Below are positions 60,627 through 64,000 of a DNA stretch of 64,000 nucleotides, in pieces (position 1 is the stretch's first letter; every line of letters starts with the position of its first letter). This stretch comes from Hydrurus foetidus. Lineage: Eukaryota. A model generated the notes under the pieces. That model was not told where the DNA came from and made no database searches. It saw nothing but the letters and a program-made list of their open reading frames with translations. The translations under genes and the position numbers were made by a program. The DNA is taken from assembly GCA_900617105.1 (NCBI GenBank), contig UYFQ01000001.1:434001-498000 (forward strand), written 5' to 3'.

Positions 60627-61691
60627 ATGAATGCTATTAATAAAATAGCTGCTTACGCCCATCCAGAAAGCGGTAAACCCGCTTTTAACGTCCTGTGGCT
60701 GCAATCAGGCGGCTGTGGCGGTTGCAGCATGTCGCTGCTGTGCGCTGACACCACCGATTTCCACGGCCAACTGCGCGATGCGGGCATCAACCTGATGTGG
60801 CACCCGTCGCTCTCGCTCGAAAGTGGCCACGAGCTGATCGCCATGCTGAACGCCATCGTCGCCGGATCGCTTCGGCTGGACGCGCTGTGCATCGAAGGCT
60901 CGCTGTTGCGTGGCCCTAATGGCACAGGCCGTTTCCATGTACTGGCAGGCACCGGCATCCCGATGATCCATTGGGTGGCACAGCTCGCCGCCAAGGCCGG
61001 GCAAGTTGTGGCGGTCGGCAGTTGTGCGGCCTGGGGAGGTATCACCGCAGGCGGCAATCACCCGAACAACAACCCCACTGATGCCTGCGGTTTGCAGTAC
61101 GACGATGACCGCCTGGGTGGCTTGCTGGGTGCCGATTTTCGCGCCCAAAGCGGCCTGCCCGTCATCAACATTGCCGGCTGCCCCACGCACCCCAGCTGGG
61201 TGATCGACAGCCTGATGGCATTGGCAGCGGGCAGCCTGGGCGCGGCTGACCTGGATACGCTGGCCCGCCCACGCTTCTTTGCCGACCAGCTGGTGCACCA
61301 CGGCTGCACCCGCAACGAATACTACGAATTCAAAGCCAGCGCCGAAAAGCCCTCCGATCTGGGCTGCATGATGGAACACATGGGCTGCAAAGGCACGCAA
61401 GTCCACGCCGATTGCAACACCCGGCTGTGGAACGGCGAAGGCTCATGCACACGCGGCGGGTACGCCTGCATCGCCTGCACCGAACCGGGCTTCCAAGAGC
61501 CCGGCCACCCGTTCCATGAAACCCCCAAAATCGCCGGCATCCCGATTGGCCTGCCCACTGACATGCCCAAAGCTTGGTTCGTGGCGCTGGCCTCTCTATC
61601 CAAATCCGCCACGCCTAAGCGCGTCAAACTGAACGCGGTGGCCGATCATCTGGTGGTCACGCCGGTGGCCAGAAAGACACGACTGAAATGA
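60627..61691 (+). CDS. hoxB: Regulatory (H2-sensing) hydrogenase small subunit
   Basis: VLWLQSGGCGGCSMS, no Tat signal, characteristic C-terminal LPTDMPKAWFVALASLSKSATP. Confidence 0.93.
   Translation: MNAINKIAAYAHPESGKPAFNVLWLQSGGCGGCSMSLLCADTTDFHGQLRDAGINLMWHPSLSLESGHELIAMLNAIVAGSLRLDALCIEGSLLRGPNGTGRFHVLAGTGIPMIHWVAQLAAKAGQVVAVGSCAAWGGITAGGNHPNNNPTDACGLQYDDDRLGGLLGADFRAQSGLPVINIAGCPTHPSWVIDSLMALAAGSLGAADLDTLARPRFFADQLVHHGCTRNEYYEFKASAEKPSDLGCMMEHMGCKGTQVHADCNTRLWNGEGSCTRGGYACIACTEPGFQEPGHPFHETPKIAGIPIGLPTDMPKAWFVALASLSKSATPKRVKLNAVADHLVVTPVARKTRLK
60633..60689 (+). repeat. Best copy of the dispersed ~57-bp motif (about 13 copies; see findings)
   Basis: GCTATTAATAAAATAGC TGCTTAC GC CCATCCAGAAA GC GGTAAACCCGCTTTT. 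Confidence 0.75.
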
Positions 61692-61715
61692 GCTATCTGC
61701 CATGACCCCTTTACT

Positions 61716-63173
61716 ATGACACGCCTACTCGTTGGCCCCTTCAACCGCGTCGAAGGAGATCTCGAAGTCACGCTTGACATTGATGCCGGGCGAGTCACGT
61801 CTGCCCACGTTAACGCCCCCATGTACCGGGGCTTCGAGCAAATTTTGCAAGGCAAAAATCCGCACGATGCGCTGGTCTATGTGCCGCGCATTTGTGGCAT
61901 TTGCTCGGTCTCGCAGTCCGTCGCCTGCGCCCGTGCTTTGGCCAGCTTGGGGAGTATCACCATGCCGTCTAACGGCCAGCATGTGACCAACGTGATTTTG
62001 GCAACCGAGAACTTGGCCGACCACCTCACGCATTTCTACCTGTTCTTCATGCCGGACTTCACCCGCCCGGTCTACGCTCAGCAGCCTTGGCATACCGAGG
62101 CGGTCCGCCGTTTCGCCACCACCACTGGCGAGCAAACCCGCGCCGCCATCGCTGCCCGCCAGCGCTGGTTCATGCTTTTGGGCACGCTGGCTGGCAAGTG
62201 GCCGCACACCCAAAGCATCGAACCGGGCGGCTCCACCCGACCCGTCGAAGCCGCCGAGCGCATCCGCCTGCTGGCCAAGGTGCGTGAGTTCCGGGGCTTT
62301 CTGGAGCGCAACCTCTTTGCGACCCCGCTGGAGCAGATCGACAGTTTGGACAGTCTTGACGCGCTGTGGGCATGGCATGCCCAAGACCCGTGGCGGGGTG
62401 ATTTCCGCCTTTTCCTGAGCATGGTGCAAGACACCGCTCTGACGGGCTTGGGGCAAGGGCCAGGGCGCTACCTGAGCTTTGGTGCTTACCCGCAGCCCGA
62501 AGGTGGCTTTGCCCTGGGCGATGGCGTGTGGAAGGCTGCCACTTCCAGTTTGCATGCAGTGAATGTTGGCGGCATCACTGAAGACGCGACCCACGCCTGG
62601 CTGTCCGACACTGCCGGGCCTCGCCACCCGCTGGAAGGCATCACGCTGCCCGATGCCGACAAAGCCCACGCCTACACCTGGAACAAAGCCCCCCGCCTGG
62701 GTGGCGAGGTGGTGGAAACCGGTGCCATCGCCCGCCAACTCGCCAGCGCCCATCCCCTGGTGCGCGATGCCGTGGCCCGCTTTGGGGGCACCGTTTTCAC
62801 CCGCGTGCTGGCCCGCGCCCTGGAGCTGGCCCGCGTGGTGCCCATGATGGAGCGCTGGCTGCAACAGTTGCACATCAGCGAAGCCTATTGCGTGCCAACG
62901 CCTGCATTCACAGAAGGGGTAGGCGTGGGCCTGAGCGAAGCCGCACGCGGCAGCCTAGGCCACTGGGTGGTGGCCAGCCGTGGCCGCATCGCCAACTACC
63001 AAATCGTCGCCCCCACAACGTGGAATTTTTCACCCCGCGATGCCGCAGGCACACCGGGTGCATTGGAGCAAGCGCTGGTGGGTGCGCCCGTGCAAGAGGG
63101 TGAAACCACCCCCGTCGCCGTGCAGCACATCGTGCGCTCGTTTGACCCTTGCATGGTGTGTACGGTGCATTGA
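61716..63173 (+). CDS. hoxC: Regulatory hydrogenase large subunit
   Basis: GPFNRVEGD, RICGIC, ends at DPCMVCTVH without a cleavable tail. Confidence 0.95.
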   Translation: MTRLLVGPFNRVEGDLEVTLDIDAGRVTSAHVNAPMYRGFEQILQGKNPHDALVYVPRICGICSVSQSVACARALASLGSITMPSNGQHVTNVILATENLADHLTHFYLFFMPDFTRPVYAQQPWHTEAVRRFATTTGEQTRAAIAARQRWFMLLGTLAGKWPHTQSIEPGGSTRPVEAAERIRLLAKVREFRGFLERNLFATPLEQIDSLDSLDALWAWHAQDPWRGDFRLFLSMVQDTALTGLGQGPGRYLSFGAYPQPEGGFALGDGVWKAATSSLHAVNVGGITEDATHAWLSDTAGPRHPLEGITLPDADKAHAYTWNKAPRLGGEVVETGAIARQLASAHPLVRDAVARFGGTVFTRVLARALELARVVPMMERWLQQLHISEAYCVPTPAFTEGVGVGLSEAARGSLGHWVVASRGRIANYQIVAPTTWNFSPRDAAGTPGALEQALVGAPVQEGETTPVAVQHIVRSFDPCMVCTVH

Positions 63174-63194
63174 ACAGTGTGCTAATCTTCTCCC

Positions 63195-63407
63195 ATGAAC
63201 ACCGTTTTAGACCCCATCGTTTCTGAGTTCCAGACCGACGAAGCTGCCTTGAGCTACGACCAGTGGTTTCGTTCCAAGGTGGCGCAATCGCTGGTTCATG
63301 CCGATGACCCGGCCACGCCGCGTCACACCAGTGATGAAGTCATGCGCAGGATAGGCGCAACGGTTCAAGCTGCGCAAGTTCGTCATGCTTCCCGTCATCT
63401 GGCTTGA
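63195..63407 (+). CDS. Type II antitoxin (stability determinant/PaaA2-like)
   Basis: LDPIVSEF..SYDQWFRSKV; overlaps the downstream toxin by 23 nt. Confidence 0.8.
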   Translation: MNTVLDPIVSEFQTDEAALSYDQWFRSKVAQSLVHADDPATPRHTSDEVMRRIGATVQAAQVRHASRHLA

Positions 63408-63663
63408 GGATGCCCTGCAAGACCTCGATCAGATCGTAGGTTTTATCGCTGAGCGCAACCCGCATGCTGCCTATGCTTTGGCTGAGCAACTGACAGAAGA
63501 TGCCGATACGCTGGGTGTGTTGCCTGCTCACTATCGCCGTGGGCGGGTGCCTGGCACCCATGAATTCGTTAGCCATCCCAACTACCTTATCGTCTACCGG
63601 CGTACGCTGCTTGCGATTGAGGTTTTGAACATCATCCATTCCCGTCAACAGTACCCCCGGTAG
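63385..63663 (+). CDS. RelE/ParE family toxin
   Basis: W...[33 protein letters not shown]. Confidence 0.88.
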   Translation: MLPVIWLEDALQDLDQIVGFIAERNPHAAYALAEQLTEDADTLGVLPAHYRRGRVPGTHEFVSHPNYLIVYRRTLLAIEVLNIIHSRQQYPR

Positions 63664-63691
63664 CGTGAGTCTACCGTCCACGGCAGCTGCT

Positions 63692-64000
63692 ATGCCCACC
63701 TCCATCCCTCGCGCTCCCGCCTTGGAAACCCTGATGCCCAACGGCCCCTTGGAAGGCGTTGACGAATCTGTGTGGCTGGACGTGATCCACAAGATGGACG
63801 AGGTGTATTCCCAGCTGATTGACGATGAAATCGAGTTAGAAAAGAAAAATGCCGAGTTGGAGCAGTCTTACCAAGAGCTGCGTGCTACCCACGAGGCGTT
63901 AAAGCGTGCGCAACAGCAACTTCTCCACGCCGAAAAAATGGCCTCGCTGGGCCGCTTGGTGGCCGGTGTGGCGCATGAATTGAACAACCCCATCAGTTTT
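63692..64000 (+). CDS. hoxJ: Histidine kinase HoxJ/HupT, partial (runs off the window), apparently PAS-less
   Basis: Manual translation ..[46 protein letters not shown]; alternative in-frame GTG at 63665. Confidence 0.88.
   Translation, partial: MPTSIPRAPALETLMPNGPLEGVDESVWLDVIHKMDEVYSQLIDDEIELEKKNAELEQSYQELRATHEALKRAQQQLLHAEKMASLGRLVAGVAHELNNPISF

Noticed and set aside
1..64000. CRISPR arrays, tRNA/rRNA, IS elements, prophage genes
   Set aside because: By eye I found no repeat-spacer periodicity, cloverleaf, transposase or phage hallmark.

Overview
This is a betaproteobacterial chromosomal window, probably Comamonadaceae or Rhodoferax-like (inferred from protein style and gene order). It has four blocks. 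(1) 0-4 kb: housekeeping genes (rlmD, yccA, GlcG/HbpS). (2) About 4-35 kb: a Fur-controlled iron region with hemP, tonB-exbBD, bfd, bfr, three siderophore-type TonB receptors with PiuC/PepSY accessory genes, and a complete hmuRSTUV heme operon. It also holds ahpCF and an AT-richer nhaR-sbtA-tauE-Tim44 insert. (3) 35-42.5 kb: signalling genes (B12-binding LitR/CarH-type regulator, Aer2-like double-PAS chemoreceptor, GGDEF protein, LysR, hydrolase). (4) 42.9-64 kb: an O2-tolerant membrane-bound [NiFe]-hydrogenase cluster (hoxKGZMLOQRTV, hypABFCDE, hoxX, hoxABC, partial hoxJ). The most notable non-gene signal is a ~57-bp, indel-free motif (GCTAY-N7-RTAGC-N7-GC-N11-GC...TTT) found about 13 times, mostly written into coding sequence. 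Other notable signals are paired AGCCA(GC) motifs shared by receptor leaders and a structured hemP 3' region, a HoxJ kinase that lacks its PAS domain and sits behind an inserted toxin-antitoxin pair, and a palindromic operator linking the B12 photoreceptor to the chemoreceptor. I saw no tRNA, rRNA, CRISPR array or transposase. All family calls come from motif recognition by eye, not database searches.
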